The notes beneath the pieces are model-generated. The model had not been told where the DNA came from. It was given only the letters and a program-made list of their open reading frames with translations, and did no database searches. This document shows, piece by piece, positions 39,217 to 49,497 of a stretch of 64,000 nt of DNA. The translations under genes were made by a program, and so were the position numbers. The number at the start of each line of letters is the position of its first letter. The first letter of the stretch is position 1. Source of the DNA: an uncultured Prochlorococcus sp. (GTDB taxonomy: Bacteria; Cyanobacteriota; Cyanobacteriia; PCC-6307; Cyanobiaceae); contig CACKJM010000003.1 of NCBI GenBank assembly GCA_902600475.1, positions 24,034 to 88,033 of the forward strand. The letters run 5' to 3'.

Positions 39217-40644
39217 TTATATATTGCAAATAGACTTTTTATCTTTAATTTTAGTACTATTAATATCCAAACAATTTTTATTTATATCTATAAAAGTTAA
39301 TCTTTCTAATTCATCTAAATTCAAATTGTAATTATAAATAGCATTAATATTCTTTGATTTCGCATTACTTAATTCACTTTGCCTAACAAGAACATCTTTT
39401 AGAGTTGATATTCCAACATCATACCTAAGTCTGGAAAGCCTTACAGACTCTTTACTTGATTCAATTTCTTTTAGAGAAGAAATAATTTTCTCTTCATTTA
39501 ATTTAAGATTTAAATATGCTTTACTAATATTTGTAGTCAAAACATTTTTTAGATTTTCATAAGCATATTTTTCAGCTTCAGAATCGGCTATTTTTGATTT
39601 GTAAGAGTTTTTATTTTGTCCGCCATCAAAAATATTCCATGCAAAATTTAGACTTATAGTATTTGTATAATTAGATCCAGACTCTTCAGAGTCAATAATC
39701 TCGGATAATGCGTCACCTTTGGTAAATGTACTAGATAATGAGTTGCTGATATAAATATTTGGTTTATTTTGAGCTAAAAAACTATTTGCTTGGCTCTGTT
39801 TGATTGATTTTTGAAGCAGAAGATTTTTTAAGGAAAGATTTTTATCTAACCCTTCATTAATATTTTTATTCAATTTATAATTCCAGAATCCTATTAAATT
39901 TTGCTCATTATTACTTTCGAAATTCCCCTTAATATTAAGAATCTCTTTAAGAGAAATTTTATTAATTTCATGTTCTATTTTCTTTTCATTAAGTGATTGT
40001 TTATCTCGAGATAGTTGAGCTTCTGCTTCAAGAACTTCAAATTTTGTACCAATTCCAGCATCTAATTTCGCTTTTGCATTTTCTAAACTTGTAATTGATA
40101 AATCAAGTGTGAATTTTTTATTTTGAATATTTTGATATGATTTTTGATATTTGTGATATCTCATTCTTGCTTCCTGAATTAAATCTTTTTTCTTAATCTC
40201 ATAATTATTTTCTGCAATTTTATAATTTGCTTTGGCAATTTTAATTTCGTATTCTCTAAGTGGGGCAATTACATCCCATTTGATATTCAGAGATGGATTA
40301 GCCGTAAATTGTGATGTTTTTAAAGTGGGTGATTTGCTATTGTACTGTTTACCTGCTACATATTTTGGTAATCCATTTGCTTGAAAATCTAGGGATGGAT
40401 ATCTTTTAGCAATTTGACTGGACAGATTAAAGCTTGCAGAGGCTACTAAGTTTTGTAATGACTTTAATTCTTGATTATTTAATATGATTTTTTCTATTTC
40501 TTGATAATCAACAAATATGATATTTGGTTTTTCTTCTAGAACATTATCAATATAATTTTTTGTTTCGCTCGAAAGTACTTTAATAGAGTTGATACTTAGA
40601 GCAAGTGGCAAGAATAAGATAGGCTTTATTATTCTTCTAAACAT
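39217..40644 (-). CDS. TolC-family outer-membrane efflux protein
   Basis: Signal peptide and two OEP repeats (DAGIGTKFEVLEAE; RYDVGISTLKDVL), WNIFDGG. Confidence 0.9.
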   Translation of the reverse strand: MFRRIIKPILFLPLALSINSIKVLSSETKNYIDNVLEEKPNIIFVDYQEIEKIILNNQELKSLQNLVASASFNLSSQIAKRYPSLDFQANGLPKYVAGKQYNSKSPTLKTSQFTANPSLNIKWDVIAPLREYEIKIAKANYKIAENNYEIKKKDLIQEARMRYHKYQKSYQNIQNKKFTLDLSITSLENAKAKLDAGIGTKFEVLEAEAQLSRDKQSLNEKKIEHEINKISLKEILNIKGNFESNNEQNLIGFWNYKLNKNINEGLDKNLSLKNLLLQKSIKQSQANSFLAQNKPNIYISNSLSSTFTKGDALSEIIDSEESGSNYTNTISLNFAWNIFDGGQNKNSYKSKIADSEAEKYAYENLKNVLTTNISKAYLNLKLNEEKIISSLKEIESSKESVRLSRLRYDVGISTLKDVLVRQSELSNAKSKNINAIYNYNLNLDELERLTFIDINKNCLDINSTKIKDKKSICNI

Positions 40645-40669
40645 GTTTTATAGTATCGAGAATTTTTGA

Positions 40670-42061
40670 TTAACCAATCAGAGTATTAATAATATCATTT
40701 GAATCATCAAGAACGTGAATTTTGGTATTTAATTGATTTTCAACTTCTTGAATATTTTTATCATCTAAAAATAAATCAGTATTAAGTTTTAACATAATAG
40801 ATGGTATGTAAACTGCTTCTCCTAAATCCTTATTTTTTAAACCGTGAATTAGATCTTCTCCAGTAAGAAGACCTGTAACAACTTGATCTTGACCCCAATA
40901 AATACTTGGTAATCCATATAAATTAATTGTTAATCCATCAATAATATTTAATTTCTTAATTGTGGGAATTAGGGCTTCATAAACTAATTTACCAACAATC
41001 CAACTTACTTTTTTTGGCTGTTTTATTTTTTTTGGCAGGTTCCTAGACTTTTCATTTAATATCTTTAGAAAGGTTCTAATTGATCCAACTCCATTAGATT
41101 CTTGCGGCATATTTTCGTAGGTTTTATAACTAGGTAAATTTGAACCTGCTATTAAATACCATTCGTCTGCTAGCCAACAAAAACGAGTCCCAAGAGTATT
41201 TTGTAGGGAGGACTGGATTTTTTCTACTTGTTTTATCGTTTTTATTGCGTATTCTGGGCTGATTGATTTCAATCCATCATTTTCAGGTCTAAATTTTGTA
41301 AGTCCTACAGGAACTATTGCAACTGAAAGTACTGTCTGAGAATTTTTTTTGTAGAATTCAGCAAGTTCCAAGATTGATTTCTCAAGAATATCCCCATCAT
41401 TTATATCTGGACAAACAACAATTTGAGCATGAATTTGAATTGAGTTTTTTTCAAACCAAGAAATTTGATCAAGGATCACACCTGCTTTTTTATTTTTTAA
41501 TAATTTTTCTCTTGTATCGGGATCAGTAGCATGAACTGAAATAAAAAGTGGGGATAGCTTTTGCATAGCAATTCTTTCCCAGTCTTCTTTTTTTAAGTTC
41601 GTAAGAGTAAGGTAAGAGCCATATAGGAAACTTAATCTGTAATCATCATCTTTTATATAAAGGCTTTTTCTTTTACCACTTGGCTGTTGATCAATAAAAC
41701 AAAATGGACATCTATTATTGCATTGCTTGATTGAATCAAATAATGCATCTTTAAAATTAATACCCAAATTAACGTCTTGATCTTTTTCAATACTTATATT
41801 GTGAATTTCATGATTTTTATCTAAAACTGATATATCTAAAATTTCTTCACTAATGAGAATTTGATAATCAATTAAATCTCTTGGTTTTTTCCCATTAATA
41901 CTAATGATTGAATCACCTGATTCAAATCCTATTTCTTGAGCAATGGAATTAGCTTCAATACTTTCAATTTCTGCAGGTTTTATTTTATAAGTAGTATAAG
42001 GAACCAAAAGATCATTGGAATTTTCTTTGTAATCAATTTCTTTCCACACAATTGAATTCAA
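40670..42061 (-). CDS. TIGR03279-type PDZ/radical-SAM (DUF512) protein
   Basis: N-terminal PDZ-like segment, CNNRCPFC, KDDDYRLSFLYG, VPVGLT, VTGLLTG. Confidence 0.9.
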   Translation of the reverse strand: MNSIVWKEIDYKENSNDLLVPYTTYKIKPAEIESIEANSIAQEIGFESGDSIISINGKKPRDLIDYQILISEEILDISVLDKNHEIHNISIEKDQDVNLGINFKDALFDSIKQCNNRCPFCFIDQQPSGKRKSLYIKDDDYRLSFLYGSYLTLTNLKKEDWERIAMQKLSPLFISVHATDPDTREKLLKNKKAGVILDQISWFEKNSIQIHAQIVVCPDINDGDILEKSILELAEFYKKNSQTVLSVAIVPVGLTKFRPENDGLKSISPEYAIKTIKQVEKIQSSLQNTLGTRFCWLADEWYLIAGSNLPSYKTYENMPQESNGVGSIRTFLKILNEKSRNLPKKIKQPKKVSWIVGKLVYEALIPTIKKLNIIDGLTINLYGLPSIYWGQDQVVTGLLTGEDLIHGLKNKDLGEAVYIPSIMLKLNTDLFLDDKNIQEVENQLNTKIHVLDDSNDIINTLIG

Positions 42062-42235
42062 AATATTTTTCTTTATATTTATTGTAAACTCATATATGAC
42101 TCAAAGTGTATTAAATACTTTTAAAAAACAAAATATAATTGTGAAATTATGGGCCTTTAATTTATTAAAATATGATATTCGCAGTTTTTAAAAACACGAT
42201 TTAAATTAATTAAGATAAACCAAAAACTTTTTTCA

Positions 42236-43003
42236 TTGAAAGAATTAATTACAAAAAATTTAGAAGTAAAAGATAAATTGAACTTTGAATCGTTTGATAC
42301 ATTTGATTCATACGAAAATAGCTTTTTATCAAACCCATTATCTTTAAGACTATGGTCCTCTTTTTTTGTAATTTTACCTATTTTTGTTCAAGCCCCTTGG
42401 GTTAGATTAGAACCAATAAGTGCTCTTTGTTTTACTTTTGTTATTCTCTTAGGGGCATTTGTTTTAAATCAGAAAAAATCAAATAAATGGTTTATTGTCA
42501 TTTCATTATTACTTGGTGTGTCAGGCAGTTGGCTCGGTGGGTGTTTGTTTTGGGGATGGTTGAGCCCGTTTCCTATCCTACACATACCTGTTGAAGCTGT
42601 AGTTCTCCCATTAGCATTAATTGGACTTGGTACTAATTGGAAAATAGGTTCAAGTTTTTATATCTCTTCTTTATTTGGAACTGCAGTTACTGACATTACA
42701 ATATTTTTAATCGGAATAATGGATCAATGGAGACAGGTTATTACAGCAGATTCTGAAACTGCACCCCAAATTCTCCAAAAAACCTCAGAGAATCTTATTC
42801 AAATAAAATCATTATCTATCATTGTTTTTGTTGCTTTTATACTTTGGTTTATTTCAAAAGAAATTTTTGATTCTGCCACAATTAATTCTACTAATGGTAA
42901 AGCACTCTTAGTTTCTAGTTATGTAATTCAAACGACTTTGATCGTTGATGGCATTTTTATTGTTTTAGCAATTCTGCAACCAACTTTTAGTGGATTGGTT
43001 TAA
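42236..43003 (+). CDS. DUF3120 family membrane protein
   Basis: LPIFVQAPWVR, GSWLGGCLFWGW, HIPVEA, SSLFGTAVTD. Confidence 0.85.
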   Translation: MKELITKNLEVKDKLNFESFDTFDSYENSFLSNPLSLRLWSSFFVILPIFVQAPWVRLEPISALCFTFVILLGAFVLNQKKSNKWFIVISLLLGVSGSWLGGCLFWGWLSPFPILHIPVEAVVLPLALIGLGTNWKIGSSFYISSLFGTAVTDITIFLIGIMDQWRQVITADSETAPQILQKTSENLIQIKSLSIIVFVAFILWFISKEIFDSATINSTNGKALLVSSYVIQTTLIVDGIFIVLAILQPTFSGLV

Positions 43004-44670
43004 TGTTAAGGCCTCCATTTTCGCCAGAACCAATTCCATTAAATAATTGGGATGTTATCGTTGTAGGCGCAGGAGCTGCAGGACTTATGACTTGTCTTGA
43101 ATTACCTGTAAATTTAAAAGTTCTGCTTTTAAATAGAAATACTAGCAAGATATCTTCAAGTCGATGGGCCCAAGGAGGAATAGCATCTGTTGTTAGACAA
43201 GACGATTCATTCGATCTTCACGCTGATGATACTTTAAAAGCAGGTGATGGACTATGTGATTTTCAAGCTGTAGAAATGCTTGTTAAAGAAGCCCCAGGCT
43301 GTGTCAATAGGCTACAGAATTTAGGGATGATTTTTGACCAAAGTTCTGATCAATTAGCCACTACTTTAGAAGCAGCACATTCTCGAAGAAGAGTTTTGCA
43401 TGTTAAAGATCGTACTGGAAGGGCATTAGTTGAAGTTCTAGAAGATCATGTTGAAAATAAAAAAAATATTCTTCACTGTAGAGGTGTAAGAGTAACCGAA
43501 CTTCTCATTGAAAACAAGGAATGTAGAGGAGTTCAGGTTCTTGATGGAGCAAATTTATATTGGATTCAATCGAGGGCTGTTGTTTTAGCTACGGGTGGAG
43601 GTGGACATTTATTTACTAATACAACAAATCCTGCTCAATCTTCTGGAGAAGGGATTGCTCTTGCATGGAAGGCTGGAGCTGCTATTGAAGATTTAGAGTT
43701 TGTTCAATTTCATCCAACCGCTTTGAAATTTTACGGTGCACCTTGCTTCTTAATATCTGAAGCACTTAGAGGAGAAGGAGCCATTTTAGTGGATAAAAAT
43801 GGTGAAAGCCCAGTAAAAAATCTTAAAAATCGTGATTTAGCTACTAGAGATCAGGTAAGTAGAGCAATCATGAAAAATATGCATGATAATAATGTAGATC
43901 ATGTTGGCTTGGATCTTCGGTATATTGATCCTGAAAAAATTGTAGAGCGATTTCCCACTATCGTAAGTCGATGTCAGGATTATGGGGTTAATCCTTTAAA
44001 TGAAGTTATTCCTGTAGCTCCTGCAGCTCATTATTGGATGGGAGGTGTAAAAACAGATTTAAATGCTTCTTCTACTCGAAAAGGATTATATGCTGTAGGA
44101 GAAGTTGCTTCTACAGGTGTGCATGGTGCTAATAGATTAGCAAGTAATTCACTGATGGAATGCCTTGTTTTTGCAAGAAAAATGTCTTCAATTGTTTTGA
44201 ATGATCCTTTTAAATTCGAAAAATTTGATAGATCATTCCAAGAGTTCGATATTCAAGATCCGCAAGAAGATCAAATTTCTCAAATCTCTGAAAAAATTGA
44301 TGAATTAAGAAAACTATGTTGGTCAAATATAGGTGTATCTCGAAATAAGGCAAATATGAGTAAATTTTTACATAATATCAAAGATGATATTTCTCAATTA
44401 CAAAAAAATGCTTTACTAAATTCTATGGAAAAAATAAAATTTGATCAAAAAATAAAACTTAGTGAGCGCAATAGGAGAGCATTGAATCTTTTGCTTGATT
44501 TAAAGAATAGACAAATAACAACTTTAACCTTATTAAAAGCTTGTCTATTTAGAGAAGAAAGTAGAGGAGGGCATTATAGAGATGATTTCTCTGATAAAGA
44601 TAAAAATTGGGAATGCCATACTAGACAACAGTTAGATGAAAAAATTCATAAAAGATTTATCAAAAATTAA
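43003..44670 (+). CDS. nadB: L-aspartate oxidase
   Basis: GAGAAG, SRWAQGG, QFHPT, SEALRGEG, HYWMGG, HGANRLASNSL. Confidence 0.97.
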   Translation: MLRPPFSPEPIPLNNWDVIVVGAGAAGLMTCLELPVNLKVLLLNRNTSKISSSRWAQGGIASVVRQDDSFDLHADDTLKAGDGLCDFQAVEMLVKEAPGCVNRLQNLGMIFDQSSDQLATTLEAAHSRRRVLHVKDRTGRALVEVLEDHVENKKNILHCRGVRVTELLIENKECRGVQVLDGANLYWIQSRAVVLATGGGGHLFTNTTNPAQSSGEGIALAWKAGAAIEDLEFVQFHPTALKFYGAPCFLISEALRGEGAILVDKNGESPVKNLKNRDLATRDQVSRAIMKNMHDNNVDHVGLDLRYIDPEKIVERFPTIVSRCQDYGVNPLNEVIPVAPAAHYWMGGVKTDLNASSTRKGLYAVGEVASTGVHGANRLASNSLMECLVFARKMSSIVLNDPFKFEKFDRSFQEFDIQDPQEDQISQISEKIDELRKLCWSNIGVSRNKANMSKFLHNIKDDISQLQKNALLNSMEKIKFDQKIKLSERNRRALNLLLDLKNRQITTLTLLKACLFREESRGGHYRDDFSDKDKNWECHTRQQLDEKIHKRFIKN

Positions 44671-45595
44671 CATCTCCCTGATAGTCAGTTTTTGTGGCCA
44701 ATTCGTTCAAATCACGAGTGCCACTAATTATTTCTCCATTGATTTCCCAAGAGGGAAAGCCACTTATTCCTTTCTTTTGGCATAGCTCATAATCATTATC
44801 CTTACCATCTTTAGCACATTCAACTACTTTTAATTCTTTAACTGCTTCTTTACCAAATAACTGTTTCTGATCGTGGCAATGCGGGCACCAGTAGGCACTA
44901 TACATAATAATATTGTTTTCACTTAAAAATTTTGCAAATTTTATCTTCTGGGGAGAGCTTGAAGTTGTAATTATTGGTGATACATTTTCAGTTGGGCTTG
45001 CAACATCAATAGCATTAGAGGGGTCAACGTTTGTTGACCAAATTAGCCCTCCCAGCAGGACACTAATGGCTACAATGAAACCTCTAAAAATCATAGGTTC
45101 TCTACTTTCAAACTTTGCTCCAATCATAGAAATTATAAAGATAGAAAACGATAAAATTGCTGAAAGTATACAAAAAAAGCAATATGCTTGAATCTTAAAA
45201 AACATTATATTTATCAACAAAAAGCTAAATGTTGATGATGCACAAGAAATTAGAAATACTAACCACCATAAAAACTTATTTAGTTTTTCTTTTGGGGAAA
45301 TTAAATTAAGCGAGAGTATTATTGTGATAACTAATATTGATAAATATGTTATAAATCCAGCTAATGAGAGAGGTATATTAACTTGATTATTTTCAAATAA
45401 AGTACCCCAAGGACTATTTAAAACTGTTTCACAACCATTTTGTATCCCTGGACATGAAAGCGAAGTAAATAATCCCCAGTTTTTTAAAGTAATCGAACCT
45501 GTGTCAACTATGCCTATAGTGCTAAGAATTGCGATTATGATTTTTGGCCATTTGAAATCTTTTTTATTTCTTTTGTTTAAAGTCTTAAGGGCCAT
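44660..45595 (-). CDS. VKOR-thioredoxin-like fusion (DsbB/DsbA-equivalent)
   Basis: C...CETVLNS, YCFFC VKOR motif, WCPHC, FPSW. Confidence 0.93.
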   Translation of the reverse strand: MALKTLNKRNKKDFKWPKIIIAILSTIGIVDTGSITLKNWGLFTSLSCPGIQNGCETVLNSPWGTLFENNQVNIPLSLAGFITYLSILVITIILSLNLISPKEKLNKFLWWLVFLISCASSTFSFLLINIMFFKIQAYCFFCILSAILSFSIFIISMIGAKFESREPMIFRGFIVAISVLLGGLIWSTNVDPSNAIDVASPTENVSPIITTSSSPQKIKFAKFLSENNIIMYSAYWCPHCHDQKQLFGKEAVKELKVVECAKDGKDNDYELCQKKGISGFPSWEINGEIISGTRDLNELATKTDYQGDVNF

Positions 45596-45700
45596 ACAAA
45601 AAGAAAGTTTGTTATTTACATTATCTATCCTAATATTATCTTGGCATGAGAGTTATATACGAAATGCTTTTTAAATCTTTTAATTCTTATTTTTCATGTT

Positions 45701-47065
45701 GTGAAACAAAATAGTCTCAATGTAAAAGAAAAAAAACTATCTAAGATTGCATTCAGTCATGTTGGTTGTGAGAAAAATCTTGTTGATACTGAACATATGC
45801 AAGGCTTATTAAATAAAGAGGGTTATGAAGTTGACAGCAATATAAATGATGCAAATGTTGTTGTTGTAAATACTTGCAGTTTTATTGAAACAGCTAGAGA
45901 AGAATCTATTAGAAAAATTCTAGAATATACAAATCAAGGAAAGGAAGTAATAGTTGCAGGCTGTATGGCTCAGCATTTTAAGGATGAGCTTATAAAAGAA
46001 ATCCCTGAGATAAAAGGTTTGGTTGGAACAGGAGATTATCAAAAGATAGCCAAGGTTTTAGACAGAGTAGAAAAAGGGGAAATCGTTAATGAAGTTTCAA
46101 AAATACCTGAATTTATTGCAGATGAGGAAATGCCTCGTTTTGTAGATAAAAACAAATTTGTTGCTTATCTTCGCATTGCTGAAGGCTGCAACTATAATTG
46201 TGCTTTTTGTATTATTCCTAAGTTGAGAGGTCCTCAAAGAAGTAGAACAATAGACTCTATAGTTTCAGAAGCCAAAAGTCTTGCAGAAAAGGGAATTCAA
46301 GAAATCATATTAATTAGTCAAATAACAACTAATTATGGTCAAGATATTTATGGAAAGCCATCATTAGCCAAACTTTTGAATGAGCTTTCTAAAGTACCAA
46401 TTCCTTGGATAAGGATACATTATGCTTATCCAACAGGTTTAACTGATGAAGTTATTAGAGCTTTCAAAGATTCAAAGAATATAGTGCCTTACTTTGATTT
46501 GCCACTTCAGCATAGTCATCCAGATGTGTTGAAGAGTATGAATAGACCTTGGCAAGCTTCTTTGAATGAATCAATTTTGGAGAAAATTAGAGAAGAAATT
46601 CCATCTGCTGTATTAAGAACTAGTCTCATAGTTGGTTTTCCAGGAGAAAACAAAGAACATTTTGAACATCTTCTCAAATTTTTGGATAGACACAAATTTG
46701 ATCATGTTGGAGTGTTTATTTTTTCTCCTGAGGAAGGAACTACAGCTTTTAATTTGCCAAATAAAGTATCTCCAGAGATTGCAGAGGCAAGAAAAGATAA
46801 CGTTATTTCAGTTCAACAAAATATCTCTAAAGATAAAAACCAGACATATGTTGGTTTAAAAATGAAGATTTTAGTAGAAAAAATATCAGATAATAACGAA
46901 TTAATAGGTCGGTCCTACAATTTCGCGCCTGAAATTGACGGAAATGTAATTTTATCTGTTAAAGATAAAATTGATTTGAAAAATTATATTGGTAAATTTG
47001 TTGAAGCAAATATTTCTTTTGCGGATGAATATGATTTGTATGGAGAGCCTATTAAAATTTTGTAG
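45701..47065 (+). CDS. rimO: Ribosomal protein S12 methylthiotransferase
   Basis: [32 protein letters not shown] domain. Confidence 0.96.
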   Translation: MKQNSLNVKEKKLSKIAFSHVGCEKNLVDTEHMQGLLNKEGYEVDSNINDANVVVVNTCSFIETAREESIRKILEYTNQGKEVIVAGCMAQHFKDELIKEIPEIKGLVGTGDYQKIAKVLDRVEKGEIVNEVSKIPEFIADEEMPRFVDKNKFVAYLRIAEGCNYNCAFCIIPKLRGPQRSRTIDSIVSEAKSLAEKGIQEIILISQITTNYGQDIYGKPSLAKLLNELSKVPIPWIRIHYAYPTGLTDEVIRAFKDSKNIVPYFDLPLQHSHPDVLKSMNRPWQASLNESILEKIREEIPSAVLRTSLIVGFPGENKEHFEHLLKFLDRHKFDHVGVFIFSPEEGTTAFNLPNKVSPEIAEARKDNVISVQQNISKDKNQTYVGLKMKILVEKISDNNELIGRSYNFAPEIDGNVILSVKDKIDLKNYIGKFVEANISFADEYDLYGEPIKIL

Positions 47066-47070
47066 TTTTT

Positions 47071-47163
47071 TTAAATTAATTTAACTGCTCTTAAGAGCTT
47101 ATCTATTGCGAAAGCAGCTCCAAAACCAAAACCAATAAATGCAAAATAGAAAATGATGTTCAT
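47071..47163 (-). CDS. petL: Cytochrome b6f subunit VI (30 aa, not in ORF track)
   Basis: Hand translation MNIIFYFAFIGFGFGAAFAIDKLLRAVKLI; single TM with the characteristic LRAVKLI end. Confidence 0.85.
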   Translation of the reverse strand: MNIIFYFAFIGFGFGAAFAIDKLLRAVKLI

Positions 47164-47227
47164 TAATTTTTTTACTTTTGTTTAATTTAACATTAGATGA
47201 AAAGATTAGATTTTTTCGTTTAATTTC

Positions 47228-47614
47228 TTAATCTTGGATATATGGTAATTTTTTGTATAAACATTCTTCTGCTTTTTGTAGTTCCCGGCCTAAATAAAGA
47301 GCATGATCGAATCTGGTTATTAAGTCATTTCTTTCTTCAGTGATTAATATTCCGAGTTGTTTCGCACTAATACCTTTAAAAACTTCATTACTAACTCTTT
47401 TATTTTGAGAGTCGCATTTAATAGGTTCATTTGTTTCGGGGTCAAGTGCATAGCCTTCCTCATCGATGTTATTTAAAAAGTGCTCTAAAATAATTTTGTT
47501 TTCTTCTAAATCTACTTTTATAATAAAATAACCGTTTGGATCTAAGTCTATATATCGGTTGGATAGATTATTATCAATCTTTATTTTTTCACCTAAACTT
47601 TGACTTGAATCCAT
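47228..47614 (-). CDS. DUF4346 domain protein
   Basis: LDPNGYFII and DHALYLGRELQKAE...YIQD motifs. Confidence 0.85.
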   Translation of the reverse strand: MDSSQSLGEKIKIDNNLSNRYIDLDPNGYFIIKVDLEENKIILEHFLNNIDEEGYALDPETNEPIKCDSQNKRVSNEVFKGISAKQLGILITEERNDLITRFDHALYLGRELQKAEECLYKKLPYIQD

Positions 47615-47674
47615 TTTGGGAATTTAATTTCAAACTATATTACTAATATAATCTTTGTAAAGCCGAATAATTTT

Positions 47675-48829
47675 TTATTTAAAGGGTATAGATTTATTTT
47701 CAAAATCAATTTCCATCTCGGTTTGTTTATTCACTTCATTTAGCCAAGGACTTATTATATTTTCCATATTTTTGTCAAACCACTTATGCAAGCTAATGGT
47801 GCTTTTTGCAAAAAAACCCCTCCGTCTTTTATGTTTACCGCCCGCTCCAGGATCAAACAAATGGATACTATTTTTTATTGCCCATTCAATTGGCTGGTAA
47901 TAACATAATTCAAAATGTAAATTAGATATTTCTTCTTGACTACCCCAATATCTACCCCATAAGTTGTTTTGATTTTTAACGCACATCGACATAGCAAAAA
48001 TTTCATTTGAATCATGTTTTGATGCACTAAAAAGTAAAAGATTTTTTTTATTATCAACCAGTGTTTCGAAAAATGTAGAAGTTAGATATTTACTTCCCCA
48101 AACTCCCCACCTCGAACAATGCTGTTCATAAAAATTATGCATTTTTTTGAGGATTTCTTGGTTGATATCATCTTCATTAAAAATTTCTACTTTAATATTT
48201 TGTTTAGTAATTGATTTCCTCTCTTTTTTTATATTTTTTCTCTGATTAGAGTTAAATCTAGAAAGAAAATCATTAAATGTTTTTTCTCCATTACTCCTCC
48301 ATTCACTGCTGGAATTGATCCATTCATTGTATCCCAAAGATTTAAGATGGTTGCCCCAGCTTTCATCAATATATAAAAAATTACAACTTAGAATTTTGTT
48401 TGTAATCGCAAAGCTTTCGATGTGGTTTATAAGTAAATTTGTAATTTCTTTCTTGTCTTTATTTTTTTTATAAAGAAATTGGTATCCATTTACAGGACTA
48501 TAAGGACTCATTCCAATTAATTTAGGGTAATAATTTAAATTCAGCTCTCGAGCCAATCTTGCAAATGATTGGTCAAAAATGAATTCTCCATAGCTATGAT
48601 TTTTTAAAAAAAGTGGGGCAATTCCTAATATCTCTTCATTTTTAAAAGCAACAAAATATAGTGGCTGCCAACCAGTTTCTCTTGAAACACTTTTTGATAT
48701 CTCAAGGTTTTTGATCCAATTCCATTCATAAAATGGATTATTAATTTCATTTGCTAATTCATTCCATATCTCCTTGGAGATTTCCTTAATTGATAATTTG
48801 ACTTCAACTTTATGTATTGGTTGGTTCAT
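47675..48829 (-). CDS. FemAB-like GNAT acyltransferase (DUF482 type)
   Basis: HSYGEFIFD, YYPKL, LWGRYWG, LHFELCYYQ, GAGGKHK. Confidence 0.88.
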   Translation of the reverse strand: MNQPIHKVEVKLSIKEISKEIWNELANEINNPFYEWNWIKNLEISKSVSRETGWQPLYFVAFKNEEILGIAPLFLKNHSYGEFIFDQSFARLARELNLNYYPKLIGMSPYSPVNGYQFLYKKNKDKKEITNLLINHIESFAITNKILSCNFLYIDESWGNHLKSLGYNEWINSSSEWRSNGEKTFNDFLSRFNSNQRKNIKKERKSITKQNIKVEIFNEDDINQEILKKMHNFYEQHCSRWGVWGSKYLTSTFFETLVDNKKNLLLFSASKHDSNEIFAMSMCVKNQNNLWGRYWGSQEEISNLHFELCYYQPIEWAIKNSIHLFDPGAGGKHKRRRGFFAKSTISLHKWFDKNMENIISPWLNEVNKQTEMEIDFENKSIPFK

Positions 48830-48846
48830 TTATTATTGAATCTATC

Positions 48847-49497
48847 TTAAATTTTTTTGTAATGAATATAGATTTCATTATTCATTAAATTTTTAATTGA
48901 TTTTATTTCCCATAGTCTTTCGAGATTAAAAATCGCATTTGTTTGTTCTGGAGGGATCCATGTATATCTACCTCCAATAATTCGTGGAATTATTGTAATT
49001 TTTATATCTGTTATTAGATCCTCTTTCATAAATGAATTTATAAGTTTTGCACCTCCTAAAAGAGCTAAATCATTTATCCCTTGTTTTTTGAGTGACATTA
49101 AAGTTTTTTTCCATGAATCTTCGAAAAAGAGTTTTTTCTCGAATTCATTATTCGACGAATTATCAACTTTACTTGAGCTTATTAGCCATCTTCTAATTGG
49201 TTGACGAAAGTATTTCCAATTACTGTTAAATTTTTTGCTATTTGAAGCAACTATAGAAATTGGCTGGCTTTTTGATATATTTACTTCGTCATTATCATTG
49301 AGATTTTTAACTAGGTAAGTTGATTGATGAGCTATTAAAGTACCTAAACCAAAAATGGTGGCGTCAACCATTGATAAGTTTTGATTTAATATTTTTTTAT
49401 CTTCATCGCTTCCAAGATGCGATTCTCCACCTCCAGGAAATGCAATTCTCCCATCAAGACTTGATGCTATAACAATTATTACTCTTGGGATAATCAA
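48847..49497 (-). CDS. RibD C-terminal / DHFR-like reductase
   Basis: ASSLDGRIA, GLGT, LGGAKL, PRIIGG; no deaminase domain. Confidence 0.88.
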   Translation of the reverse strand: MIIPRVIIVIASSLDGRIAFPGGGESHLGSDEDKKILNQNLSMVDATIFGLGTLIAHQSTYLVKNLNDNDEVNISKSQPISIVASNSKKFNSNWKYFRQPIRRWLISSSKVDNSSNNEFEKKLFFEDSWKKTLMSLKKQGINDLALLGGAKLINSFMKEDLITDIKITIIPRIIGGRYTWIPPEQTNAIFNLERLWEIKSIKNLMNNEIYIHYKKI

